Program-made: the position numbers and the translations under genes | The notes under the pieces: model-generated | What the model saw: only the letters and a program-made list of their open reading frames with translations | Databases searched by the model: none | What the model was told of the DNA's origin: nothing | Part shown: in pieces, positions 48,120 through 59,254 of the stretch | Layout of the letters: each line of letters begins with the position of its first letter | Numbering within the stretch: the stretch's first letter is position 1 | Assembly (NCBI GenBank): GCA_963833425.1 | Contig: CAWHXP010000006.1 | Location: forward strand, 32,001 to 96,000 | Direction: 5' to 3' | DNA length: 64,000 bases | Source: an uncultured Methanosarcinaceae archaeon | Lineage (GTDB): Archaea; Halobacteriota; Methanosarcinia; Methanosarcinales; Methanosarcinaceae

Positions 48120-48758
48120 TCAGCGCTCCAGCACTTCATGAAGCAATTTCATTGCCCTTTTCTCATTTTCTCCACCGCACTTGGAAGCTAAATTTGCATA
48201 ATGCTGAATCAATTCGAGGTATTTTTTATCACCTGAGAGCTGGTAGCGGGTTGCATGAACGGTAGCCTCAAGCACCGCATTGAATCCTCTGTTTGGAACC
48301 AGAATATTCTTTTTATTCATCTCATTGAAACCTGTATTCATGGGAATAAGATCTGCTATCAGGCTTTGATCTGTATTAATAACACTTATGCATTTAAAAA
48401 CGATCCAAGCTGCAGCTTCTTTCAGAATTGGAAAATTGAGCCTGTGAGCAGTCACATAGTCAAACTCTGAAGGTTCAAGGTCGAAAAAAGTTGAACGCAC
48501 AAAAAGTAAAGGATTGTAAACTATGTTTGCTGCCATATATCCTTCTTTAAGAACGTTTGCCCATGTATGGCTGCCTCTGAAAAGCCTGACAAAAAGCCTT
48601 CCATCCCTGACGATTAATCCTATCGGAGCAGCATTAGGATATTCCAGACCTGTGCTTACAATTGTTTCGGAAATTCCTTCCAGGATTCCAAATGTGGAGA
48701 TATCTACAGTGGAAAATTTACTTCCGTATTTTGTATATTCAGATAAAAGTTTGGTCAA
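48120..48758 (-). CDS. DUF447-family FMN-binding split-barrel protein
   Basis: ETIVST..PNAAPIG, GSHTWAN and NRGFNAVLEATVHATR; overlaps the citG stop. Confidence 0.8.
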   Translation of the reverse strand: MTKLLSEYTKYGSKFSTVDISTFGILEGISETIVSTGLEYPNAAPIGLIVRDGRLFVRLFRGSHTWANVLKEGYMAANIVYNPLLFVRSTFFDLEPSEFDYVTAHRLNFPILKEAAAWIVFKCISVINTDQSLIADLIPMNTGFNEMNKKNILVPNRGFNAVLEATVHATRYQLSGDKKYLELIQHYANLASKCGGENEKRAMKLLHEVLER

Positions 48759-49777
48759 AAGCGCAGTCCTCCCAAGAGAGCAATGAAAATTCCGGCAATA
48801 ACAATATCCGCTGTTGAACCTGGGTTGATTTTCTTTTTAAGAAGTTCGATATCAAATTCCTTTACTGCAGGAATCATAGACGTAAAGTCTATGATTCCAC
48901 TGTCTGAAGATTCTTCATAGGCCAGTAGAATCTCACATGCCCTAGTTGATACGTAATCTGCAGTGGCTTTATCGAATTTTGTCTGGATAAAAGTGTCCCT
49001 GTGCCTAGAAAGCAATTTCAAAAATGTATATACTATAGCTTCGTTGATACCTGAGTCTGAACAATTCAAAACTGGGTATTCTACTCCTGAATTTCTAGAT
49101 TGCATGAACTTTGTGATACTATTTGCTCCTTCAAGGCAGCAACCAAATCCTGAGACCCATTCACATGCAATCATATCATATCCTTCTGCCATCACCATTA
49201 GTTCGTAAAGCGTAACTTTTTGTCCTCTGAGTTTGACAGTTGATTCGGGATCTCCAAGGCTAAATTCATCTACACTGTTTACCCTGGCTCCTGCCATGTC
49301 AAAAGCCCTATAAAATTCGACCGCATCCTCACAGTCTGTTGCTCTGACAAAAAAATGAGCACGTGAAGCGAGATTTTCAAATTCTTCTGATGAAAGCTTG
49401 CAACGGACTTTCCCGTATGAATGTAATAACTCTCCCGCAGCCATTGAAAGGGGAATCAATAATAGAAGAGCCCCAAAATGAGTATTACCACCCTTTTGCC
49501 AGGCAGAACTCTCACAAATTGCATTTCTGAAAAGTGTCCCTATCCCACTCCTGCAACTTGCAGCCATTTCAATTGCAGGGTAAACACTCACTGAAGAAGC
49601 TATAAAATGCTCAAAACATGTATCAGGATAGTTATGTTCACGATCTACATTTCCTGGCTTGGGAGAAGCAGAGACTTCCAGCAGCATAGCAAGCTGGGCA
49701 CAACGAGCAATAAGACTTGTGATCTGTGGGTCTTCTGCCCCATCAGGACAGGAAAAACCAAGATTAATGGGATTCAT
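48755..49777 (-). CDS. citG: Triphosphoribosyl-dephospho-CoA synthase-like (CitG family) protein
   Basis: LLEVSASPKPGNV, NTHFG..LL.PL and NPGSTAD. Confidence 0.9.
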   Translation of the reverse strand: MNPINLGFSCPDGAEDPQITSLIARCAQLAMLLEVSASPKPGNVDREHNYPDTCFEHFIASSVSVYPAIEMAASCRSGIGTLFRNAICESSAWQKGGNTHFGALLLLIPLSMAAGELLHSYGKVRCKLSSEEFENLASRAHFFVRATDCEDAVEFYRAFDMAGARVNSVDEFSLGDPESTVKLRGQKVTLYELMVMAEGYDMIACEWVSGFGCCLEGANSITKFMQSRNSGVEYPVLNCSDSGINEAIVYTFLKLLSRHRDTFIQTKFDKATADYVSTRACEILLAYEESSDSGIIDFTSMIPAVKEFDIELLKKKINPGSTADIVIAGIFIALLGGLRF

Positions 49778-50903
49778 TTACAGAGATTCTGGCATTATCC
49801 AGCAAGTATTCAGCCAGTTGCTTTTTGAGTTTCATGTAATCTACATCAGAGAGACCAATTGTGTTTAATGCACCATCCCTAAGCCAGCAAGGCTTGGTAA
49901 TTTTGCAACACCAAACCAGGCTCCCGAAGCAAGTATCTCCTCCAAACTCCAGCATAGTTCCCTTCGCAAAGTCAAACTTCGTCTTGGAAAACTCTTCTGC
50001 TGTATAACCCAGTTTTCGGAATTTTTCATGCACAGGACAGGGTTTAACAGGAAGACAACAAAAAGCAAGAGCTCTGAAGTTACCATCACTGCAAACATGC
50101 TTAGGGACATTATACCAGCCAATGGATCGCTGATAGGAACTAACGCTCTCTACCAGCTCCCCTATAAGTTCATGATTCTGCATAACTCCCCTGGCAACAG
50201 ATACCATGTCAACGCCGCGGGAAAACATATCCTTTGCTCCCTCAAAATCAGTGACCGAGTTATTACCTATAAGGAAGAGCCTTGTAGCATCCCTGTAATT
50301 ACTAATCGCATCAAGGTCAGCCCCAAAACCATTTCGGCTAGCATCAACGTGTATTATGTCAGCACCCGACTTATCTATGAGCCTGGCAAGCTCTATGTCA
50401 TTAACAACATTTGACCTCACTTTTACTGAAAGTATGACTCCAGTCTCCTTTATCGCCTTGATCCAAGTAGAAAGTCGCGGAAAATCATGGAGTAGAGCTT
50501 CCCCTGTTCCAACCTCGAGCATTTCTGGTTGCCTGCAGTGGGCATTTAGCTCGAGGATCGCTCCTTCTTCTTTTAGAAGTTTTGCAGCTTCGATAAGAGG
50601 TTCAAGTTTAGTACTTCTGACATTTACCGCGACTGCACTTTCGGAAATTATTTCCTGAATTTCCTTTTTAAGAAGTTCCATTGGTTCATCGGAGATGAAC
50701 TCTTTTCTACCCATAGCTACTAGATCTGATGCAACAGTAATTGAGGCTTTATCCAAATTGAAAGCTCCAAGAACTACCAGACCTGCATTACTTGCATACT
50801 TGTTAGCAAAACAGCTATCTACAACCCCTGCAATTGAAGCTAGTGCGATCGGATTTTTAAAACGGACATAGCCAATATGCAAATCAAACAGACAATCACT
50901 CAT
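49764..50903 (-). CDS. MJ0144-type DUS-like TIM barrel fused to methanogenesis marker protein 9 Cys-rich domain
   Basis: ELNAHCRQPE, IGNNSV and VSVARG; C-terminal HVC..G.FRALAFCC.PVKPCP and TCFGSLVWCCKITKPC. Confidence 0.88.
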   Translation of the reverse strand: MSDCLFDLHIGYVRFKNPIALASIAGVVDSCFANKYASNAGLVVLGAFNLDKASITVASDLVAMGRKEFISDEPMELLKKEIQEIISESAVAVNVRSTKLEPLIEAAKLLKEEGAILELNAHCRQPEMLEVGTGEALLHDFPRLSTWIKAIKETGVILSVKVRSNVVNDIELARLIDKSGADIIHVDASRNGFGADLDAISNYRDATRLFLIGNNSVTDFEGAKDMFSRGVDMVSVARGVMQNHELIGELVESVSSYQRSIGWYNVPKHVCSDGNFRALAFCCLPVKPCPVHEKFRKLGYTAEEFSKTKFDFAKGTMLEFGGDTCFGSLVWCCKITKPCWLRDGALNTIGLSDVDYMKLKKQLAEYLLDNARISVNESH

Positions 50904-51253
50904 GTTTTACCTCTTAAAAATAAGCTTGGAAGCTGACAAAAAATAATATTCATTGTCAGAGATCAAAAAGTAATGATAATTTTCTTTCGACGATCCTTGA
51001 AAAATGGAAAAATCCATCTATAACTTACGGACAATAATACATATATATTAATATTTTGATGCATTCAAATTCATAAATTTATATAAATTTATATCAAGTA
51101 CAAGGAACTAGTGCATCTTAATAAATTAACCTAATAATAAAATCGAAATATCTCAAAATTATCGTAAAAATATATTGTTTATCAACTTTTGGAAATGCAG
51201 GTTCCCAAAAAGATATATATAGCTAAAAATATCAATGCCAATTGATAAGTGAT

Positions 51254-51618
51254 ATGCGAGAGAGGCTGGACGGCTGACGGGCCTTCTGGTCTGAGGAAAG
51301 TCTCCCCACCACTCCGGACACACGAACATCTGTAAAGGATGTCGGGCGAGAGTCCAGGCTCTGGCACAGAAACGAGAACCATGCCTTGAAAATGCGATGA
51401 TACGTACGTTGAGGTCTCAGGGAAAGTGGATGAAACGGCGAACCCTCGTGGGTGCAAGTTGAAAATCGGGAATTAAGAGCAGTCCGGAATCTCCCGGTTA
51501 TTTTGGAAACGCATAGCTGAATGCCGTCACTGCAAGAGTCCTCAGGACCTTTTCCTCCACTGATGGGTGGCAGAAAATTTTGCAGGAACAGAAGGGAGCT
51601 TACGAGCCTCACTCGCAT
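51254..51618 (+). ncRNA. rnpB: RNase P RNA
   Basis: GAGGAAAGTCTCCCC and AACAGAAGGGAGCTTA P4 signatures; terminal P1 pairing atgcgagagaggct / agcctcactcgcat; GC-rich island. Confidence 0.96.
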
Positions 51619-51865
51619 AAAATTATCCTAAAAATCATTAACTATGTTCTAATAACCTTAGAACTCATTATTTTTCCCCATCATTTACATGCTATAGCTA
51701 TTTTGAATAGGTAAGATGCTGTAGTATCCAATTTAACTGTGAATTTGAAGTCAATTTTTTTGTGTACTGTTTATAAATAGGTCCTTCGGATTAGGAGGTA
51801 TATCTACTTTACAACTTATTAAGAATTTTGGCTTCAAAGAAAATTGTGCACGCTGCATAATTTAT

Positions 51866-51956
51866 AGAGGATTTTGATAAACCCCTAAATTTAGTCATGT
51901 GCGTATAAACTGAATATAAATAACTAATGAGAATCAGAGGTTTATCGAAACCCTCA
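51866..51956. mobile_element. IS5-TIR MITE (~90 bp)
   Basis: AGAGGATTTTGATAAACCCC ... GAGGTTTATCGAAACCCTC. Confidence 0.8.
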
Positions 51957-52126
51957 ACAGTCACTTCCTTAAATGAGAATGCAATACATATAAATATTTA
52001 AAAACAGAATAGTAGAGCATCATATTCCAGTTCGAGATCTATCCTGTTGTATGCTCATTTTAAACTGAATAACTACTTTCAATCACATAAAACAGAGAAA
52101 AGCCATTTTTTTCAGTTTTAACGATT

Positions 52127-53266
52127 TTATTTTGGAGGCAGGTTCAGCCAGAAAAAATTAAGCAATAACCATTGGACATAGCCCTTATAGTCCCTATTGA
52201 TCACTACTTCATCCAGATATTTCTCTAGAATTTCCCTGTTGCTAACAGCCAGTTTGAAAGAGATTTCTGGAAAACGATGCATTACCTTCTCCAATTTAAG
52301 AGAATTGGTAAGATAGTTTCCAAAATCCTGCCTACAACTCGATTCGTATTTTTTAATGTCATTTAACTTTCTGCCATACATCATAATGCCTGCAATCGTC
52401 TCTGCAGCGAGTTGTCCGGATCTAATAGCATAGGCCATACCTTCTCCTGAAAAAGCTTCTACAAAACCCGCAGCATCCCCGCTTAGAAGAATTCTTGAAT
52501 TTATTGTTTTTCTTGCGATTCCACCCACAGGGATGATATGGGAACGAATAGGAAAAGTGCCAGCAAAACCATTTTCCTGCAAAAAATCCAGCATCACTTT
52601 TTTCGGATTCTTAAAATATTGAGCTATTCCCATGACCCCTACAGAATAATATCCAGCATGAGGAAAAATCCAGCCATATCCTCCTTGAGCAATCCCGAAG
52701 TGAATATCTAGAGTGCCAGGACACTGAATCTGTATAGCTCCACTCTCATCAGGTATTTCTGACACAAGCCCAAGACAGTATTCTGTTCGTTTATCTTTTG
52801 ATCTAACTTTGTATTTAAGAGATCCACCTGAGCCTTCTGCGATCAGAACAAATTTCCCAAGATAAGTATTGTCCGTGGTCTTTACCTCAACGAAATTTTT
52901 TCTCCCAGTACAATCCAGAACCCTTTCTCCGGTATGAACCTCAATTCCAGTTTCTTTAGCTTTTTCAAGCAGAAAATAGTCAAAAACCGTTCTTGAAACT
53001 AACAAGGCTAGATTACCTTCTTTTTCTGCCTCTACAAAACCATCCATAAAATGAATTTTTACCTTTGAAATATATCTCTCAACCACATACCCAGGAAGAC
53101 TGAAATCTAAGCAAGATAAACCATATGAAGAAAGAGCACCCCCGCAAGATTTGTACCTCGGAAAATGTTCTTTCTCAAGCAGAAGGGTTGAAAGCCCCTG
53201 TTTTCCAGCTGTTCTTCCGGCAGATGCTCCTGAAGGTCCTCCTCCTACTATAATCAAATCATACAT
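52127..53266 (-). CDS. Geranylgeranyl reductase-family FAD oxidoreductase
   Basis: VGGGPSG, PRYKSCGG, GYGWIFP and GDAAGFVEAFSGEGMAYA. Confidence 0.92.
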   Translation of the reverse strand: MYDLIIVGGGPSGASAGRTAGKQGLSTLLLEKEHFPRYKSCGGALSSYGLSCLDFSLPGYVVERYISKVKIHFMDGFVEAEKEGNLALLVSRTVFDYFLLEKAKETGIEVHTGERVLDCTGRKNFVEVKTTDNTYLGKFVLIAEGSGGSLKYKVRSKDKRTEYCLGLVSEIPDESGAIQIQCPGTLDIHFGIAQGGYGWIFPHAGYYSVGVMGIAQYFKNPKKVMLDFLQENGFAGTFPIRSHIIPVGGIARKTINSRILLSGDAAGFVEAFSGEGMAYAIRSGQLAAETIAGIMMYGRKLNDIKKYESSCRQDFGNYLTNSLKLEKVMHRFPEISFKLAVSNREILEKYLDEVVINRDYKGYVQWLLLNFFWLNLPPK

Positions 53267-53299
53267 ATTTAAACACCTGCTTAATTATATGAGTTTAAA

Positions 53300-54290
53300 T
53301 TTAAAAGACAATGATGGAGATAGTATTTATGAGTAAGACTGAAATTTATAAGTTCAGAGTACTTATAATCTGCCATTTCAATGGAAGTGAAGACTTTGAA
53401 TATTAAGTCCGGAAGACGATTCATTATCTCGGAAAAAAATCAGCGAGTACTTAAGATGAGTCCCGCACTCTTCCTGGCAGAGAGATTTATGTATATCTAG
53501 ATCTTTGAGATTCCCACAACACAGACAAATTCCCGAGATCATTTCAGAAGCAAATTGCCCTGAGATAATGGAATAGGGTAATCCATTACATGAAAAATAA
53601 TCCACAAATCCGGCAGCACATCCGACTAGAAGAACTTTAGAGCCATTAATTCTTCTTTCAACTCCACCTCTCGGGATTTGATGTCCATGAATTTCATATT
53701 TACCGGAAAAAACATTTTTCCTTAGGAAATCAAGCATATATTTTTTAGGATGTGAAAAATTCTTGATAACCCCGCCAATTCCAACAGAATAATAGGTTTC
53801 GTGGGGAATAATCCAGCCACATATATCTCCAGAAATTCCAAAATACAGTTCTAAATTATTACTCAGACACTCTTCAATTTTGTTTTTTTTCGCAGGTACT
53901 TCTGCAACTACACACAACTAATATTCCCCCTGATATCTGCAGATTACACACATTTTTTGACTACACTCTGGATTCCTTCGGCAACTAGCGCAAACTTTGC
54001 ATTGTATACCGTCTTGTTAGTCTCCACTTCAACATAGGTGGGCATTTCCTCGCAGCAGAGAACTTTCTCCTTTGTCTGGACTTCGATTCCTGTTTCTTTT
54101 GCCTTTTCAGGAAGAAAAATATCAAATTCTTTCTGGAGATCAGAAATCGCATGTTTTGAAAGCCTTCACCACATAGCTTGTATCTATGAAATTTATCTTT
54201 CTCAAACATTTGTGTATTCAGGCCATGCTTCCATCTCCACCTCTGAACCGAGACGGAAGGACCACCACCTATAATAACTAAGTCATGCAT
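53300..54290 (-). pseudogene. Second GGR-family paralog, frameshifted and internally deleted
   Basis: MHDLVIIGGGPS, HRYKLCG, GWIIPH and LVGCAAGFVDY in different frames. Confidence 0.85.
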
Positions 54291-54731
54291 GAGAGTAACA
54301 CCTAAAAATATACACAAGTTTAGAAATTTTTAATTCTTTCCTGAATTTTAGATCTATCGCAGTCAATTGCAATAGAAGTAATGATAAATTATAGCGCTTC
54401 CTTAAGATATTAAAAGTATCCAATTTTATCTCAATATCACATATATCTAAAAAGAGCTAATTTAAAGTGTTGGTATCAGTTCAAAATTTAGATAAAATAA
54501 GGATTCTGGGAAAATAACATCAATAAAAAGCATTAAAGGGCTGAATAAAAATTAAATTCTAGACGTATAAAAGACACACAGAGCAAAAAAAATCTAAACT
54601 CTGCTATCCAGGACCCAGATGAAGGTAAATTTTGTACAATTTTACACATTACTGAAATGTATTTAACAAGTATCTATATCTATTTTGTTCCAAAATAACT
54701 ATGCTTTACCTGACTTTTTTGTAAAGAGACC

Positions 54732-55352
54732 TTAGTTCTTAAAAGTTTCAAAAACATCCAGAACCTTCTGATAATTTACTTCTGTTCCGAAGCAGCCGTC
54801 TCTTTCCGTAGGAATTCCGTAACTCACGACTTTTCTACCTTTGAGAGCACGCATAACTTTATTGATTTCATAATCACAGGCAATTAGAAGGACACCATCG
54901 GCAGTTTCCAATTTAAGGATATTTTTTATGTAAGAAGAACCTGTCAGAATAAATAATTTATATCCATATTTTTCGGAGTCTTTCTTCAAATTGGTATAAA
55001 CACATTTGCCACAGTAGTTACACTGAATTCCTGTCTGTATCGTGGGGGCTATGCAGTCAAGGTTCCGCATACAATGGGGAGCCAGTATAACCCTTTTTTT
55101 TGTTTTTGCAAAAGCAGATTTATATGCCCTATTTTTCAAAGATGACATCCATTTATCCAAAATACGCGTATCTGAAAACTTGAGGAAAAACTGTCTTAAA
55201 GGCAGATAAAAAAAATCGAGTACATTTGAAAAAAAACCTGCTAAATAAACGCTCCTTTTAAGACTTTGTTTGCTGACGACTAGAGCAATGCTCGAGAGGA
55301 TAAAGGATATTATTATAAAAAAGAAAAGTACCTTACCGATGGTGCTATACAT
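54732..55352 (-). CDS. DUF116-family membrane Cys-rich protein
   Basis: N-terminal TM, LAPHCMR...C..CGKC, GSS and ACDYE; start MYSTIGK overlaps the upstream stop. Confidence 0.85.
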   Translation of the reverse strand: MYSTIGKVLFFFIIISFILSSIALVVSKQSLKRSVYLAGFFSNVLDFFYLPLRQFFLKFSDTRILDKWMSSLKNRAYKSAFAKTKKRVILAPHCMRNLDCIAPTIQTGIQCNYCGKCVYTNLKKDSEKYGYKLFILTGSSYIKNILKLETADGVLLIACDYEINKVMRALKGRKVVSYGIPTERDGCFGTEVNYQKVLDVFETFKN

Positions 55353-55986
55353 TGCACATCTCCATTTTTTGAATAATCTCCTCAACGTTAGCTTTGGTAT
55401 TGAAACATCCATCTTTACGAAGAAGAATGCCATGAACAGAAACAAAAGATACAGCTTGCATGCTTTCAGCAAGCTCGTTATAACAGGCAACCCCCAGGCA
55501 AGCTTCAGGCATATATTCCTTAAAAATTTTTTTGATAAAACTCCCCCCTGGAACTACAAAAACCCTAAAGTTACATCTACCAGCAGCATCGCAGAGTTTC
55601 GAGATATCACATAGTCCACAACGCTTGCACTCATATCCAAAAACTGGATCACACCTAGCCTTGCAGCTGGGATGCCGCAAACACTGTGGAAGAAGCAAGA
55701 TTCTCCGGCCTTTTGTATGCAGAAAATCATCAAACATAACAGCATTCCGGATATCAATGAGTATATCATCAACAAGCGTATCCCTGATCCAGAAAACTTT
55801 ACATAGCCATTTTGCAGGAGAATAGAAAAAATAAAGTGTGAACAACACAAATCCCGGAAAAATGATCTTGTGATTTTTAAAAGAGTAAGCTCCTACTAAC
55901 AGGGCAATTCCCATACCTGCAAGAGCAAAGAGTATAAAGTATACGAATATTTTTCCAAGAAATTCATAAGGAATCTCCATATTCAA
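55345..55986 (-). CDS. DUF116-family membrane Cys-rich protein
   Basis: LLPQCLR..CKARC, CKRCGLC, PGGS, GVAC..EL and DGCFNT. Confidence 0.87.
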   Translation of the reverse strand: MNMEIPYEFLGKIFVYFILFALAGMGIALLVGAYSFKNHKIIFPGFVLFTLYFFYSPAKWLCKVFWIRDTLVDDILIDIRNAVMFDDFLHTKGRRILLLPQCLRHPSCKARCDPVFGYECKRCGLCDISKLCDAAGRCNFRVFVVPGGSFIKKIFKEYMPEACLGVACYNELAESMQAVSFVSVHGILLRKDGCFNTKANVEEIIQKMEMCNV

Positions 55987-56868
55987 GGGGAAGAAAGTAT
56001 CGCTATTTAAGCTTTACTATATTAACCTTGTTTAATAGTATGAAATTAATTTGGAGTGAAAAATCAGATTTTAGTCAAAAATTATTTAATAAAATTCAAA
56101 AATTAATTACTTACAATAGATTTCTTCATTCTTCCAAAATATGAAAATGGCCCTTCAATATAGAACTCAACTTGACAAATTAGGGATATAATTTAAAATT
56201 AATTATAGCCAGGCAACTATAAAAGTTCTAGATTATTTTCAAACTTACTTTAGACAATTTGATAAGGTAAACTCTGATTTCGGCTTGCTCTACGATTTCT
56301 GAACATAGAGTATTATCGAACCAGCTGTCTAACCTATTGAAGTTTAAAAAGTCTGTACGAACTCTCTTCTTTAAAGTATCGAATCATATTTGATAGAGAA
56401 TTTCCGATGGAATTTCATTAATAAATTAACGTGATCTTTACCTATTCCTATATACTAATTTTGTAGCCTTTCTCAACGCAAATAATGATAAGGATCTAAA
56501 TGAATCCTTTAATTTACTTATTGTAGAGAATTTAGATAAACCTCCAGAGTATATCTATACTTAGGCACCGACACTATGGGATAGACGACTTGACCATAGC
56601 AATGGCTAAATCTGTTTAATTTTAATGAGTATGATATCCCTGTAACATATGGATGCCACCACCTTTGACCATGGAAGCAAAAATAAACTCATTTTCAAAG
56701 AAGCTATGATTTAGAGAATTAAACGAAAACAAAAAGAAACGAGAGTCCATATCATTCCTACCTATGGAGTAGAATAGTTTTGACCGTCCGCACACCAGAA
56801 GCATAAAAAATAAGCCAAGACTATTTATTAAAAGAAGGACTGGAGATCCAGCCTTCGTATTCTTTTGT

Positions 56869-58102
56869 TTAATCCAGTTTCAGACCTAAAGCCTGTGCAA
56901 CTAGCTCAATGACATCTTCAACGTCGATGTCAGCTTTCATAGAGTCACGGCCATCCATCAGGTTTCTCTTACAAAATGGACATGCACTTGACAGGATATC
57001 TGCTTTGGTTTCGAGAGCATCCTTAACTCTGGACTGTGCAACACCATCTGCAAGATCAGGGATACCAGCCTTTACTCCACCTCCGGCTCCACAACAGCGC
57101 TGAAATTCTTTGATCCTATCCATTTCAACGAACTTGACACCCGGAATGTGAGTAAGAACATACCTAGGCGCATCATATACGCCTACGTGACGGCCTAGGT
57201 GACAGGGATCATGGTAAGTAATTGTCTTATCAATAGACTTTTCCCATTTAATTTTTCCCTGCTTTATCAGGTCTGCAAGGAACTCAGTGATATGAACAAC
57301 CTCAAAAGGCAGTTCTTTGCCGAGAAGTCTTGGCCAGTCTACTTTTGCAGCACGGAAACAGCCTGAACATGCGAATAGGACTTTTTTAGCACCTTTTTTC
57401 ATGATGGCTTCTACATTGTGTTTTGCAACTTGAAGGGGCATCATATCATTGACATGTGCCTGCCCTGTCCTGATCAGGGCAGAACCACAGCACCATTCAT
57501 CTTCCCCAAGCATAGCAAACTTAATGCCTAGCTTGTTAAGCACACGAGAGGTAGCAAAGGCTAGAGTGAGCTGCTTGTACCCTGCAGTACAACCAGTGAA
57601 ATAGACAATGTCTGATTTGTCTTCAATTTTCACATCATCTGGAACCCAGGCAAGCCTGTCTTTCTGGTCAAGAAGGTAAGGGTTATGGTACTGCCCAATA
57701 AGCTTCGGGAACATATTTTGCTTTCCGTACGGACCAATACCTTTCTTGACAAGGTTTGCCCTCAGGGCTTCCCAGAGTTCTACGGTGTTGATGCCGGATT
57801 CACAGACAGTCCCACATATACCGCAGGTTGTGCAGCTGTGAACATCATCTTTAAACTCCTCAAGTTCCGACTGAGGAGATTTCCTGCGGACCAAAGAGCT
57901 TTGCTCTGATCCCATAGGATTTGTTCATGTACTGCCTCCAGCGTAGGATCTTGTCTCTGGGAGCTAAGCCCGGTTTCCCATCGGTGGCAGCATAAGTTGG
58001 GCACCATTTGACACATTCACCACAGCGTGTGCAGGAGTCGAGTTCCATAAGTTGAACTGCTGTAAGATTCTTCGTATCAATTGAAGGGGTACGTTTTGCC
58101 AT
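56869..58102 (-). pseudogene. hdrD: Heterodisulfide reductase catalytic subunit HdrD; one +1 frameshift at ~57875 (real or sequencing error)
   Basis: Two CxxCxxC ferredoxin motifs and CCG domains ([27 protein letters not shown]); start-to-stop length 1234 = 3n+1. Confidence 0.93.
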
Positions 58103-58106
58103 TTTT

Positions 58107-58897
58107 TTATTCGCCTCCTTTGTTTGCAAGAATTGCAAGTGGCGTAGCGATTACATGAATGTATTTACTGTATGGAACATATGCGATGCAGAAGAGAAGG
58201 GAAATTATGGAGTGGAACAGTGCTGCAGGCGGAGCTGATGCTGGATTTAGTCCAAAGCCCCAGATAATATCGTTCCTAATACCATCGGCAATAAAGCCGG
58301 TGATTGTGATTATGAAAACTCCTGCGAGAAGAAGCCAATCATACATTATGGAAACTTGCCTGATTTCTGTAACAAAAAGTCTTCTCACTATTGCAATGAG
58401 GACTCCGATAAGTAGAATGTACCCGAAAACATAGTTTGGGAAAGATAGGATATCTCTAAATTCAGCAGGTGGTGAAAGGAAGCTTGAGTCCTAATCTTTT
58501 CGGTCATTTCGACTGTAAACATCATCCCTGACATAGCAAAGAGGCTCATCCAGCCTGCAAAAATACAGAAGTGCATGAACCAGCGAAAAGTACTCCTTTT
58601 GAGAATTCTTCTCTGGAAGAGAATATCAAGAATTAGAACCTCTAAGATAGGCTTTCCGTGTCCATGACGAGACACCTCAGTGACCTGCCTCCACCAGGTT
58701 TTTAAGAACCTGATAGCACTCCCCTTCTGCCCTACCTGAGGTTCAAGGGCATAACCTGTTACTCCGGACCCCCATTTCTGGAGGTTACTTATCATACCAT
58801 ATAAGAAAATCACAATAGCTATTGTGCTGAATATCATTATCTGAACAAACGTCATCCTCATTGTTTCTGAGAGCCCAGAATAGTATGCGTATGCCAT
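58107..58897 (-). pseudogene. hdrE: Heterodisulfide reductase cytochrome b subunit HdrE; two +1 insertions at ~58493 and ~58471 (real or sequencing error)
   Basis: RWFMH, ALFHS and [10 protein letters not shown]; length 791 = 3n+2; removing two bases restores KIGLKLPFTPAEFRD. Confidence 0.92.
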
Positions 58898-59254
58898 TTC
58901 ACTGCTAATAGTCTATTCCTCCTATATATAGTCAAAAACTAAGAACTAATGTTACTCCTAAAATTAACATGTTATAAAGTGTAAATAACAGTAAATACAG
59001 AGTGATAACCGTAACAACTGTCTGCATAAGGTTTGAATAATCTGTTAGACTTTGTATTTATTATATTTAAACGTTATCTTTAATTTGCAATACATCGAAA
59101 AGCTTGCAAGAGCCGCGAAAATTTTTGCTTGGAACTAATCGAACAGAAAGAAAAAAGAAGGAGAATAAATAAGGATAAGAATTAAATTATAATATCATCA
59201 TATATATATCATTATGAAATTTTTCTCTAATGAATATAAAAAATAATTTATAAA

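Noticed and set aside
51182..51618. ORFs 51182-51457 and 51232-51618 on the minus strand
   Set aside because: Antisense shadows of the RNase P RNA
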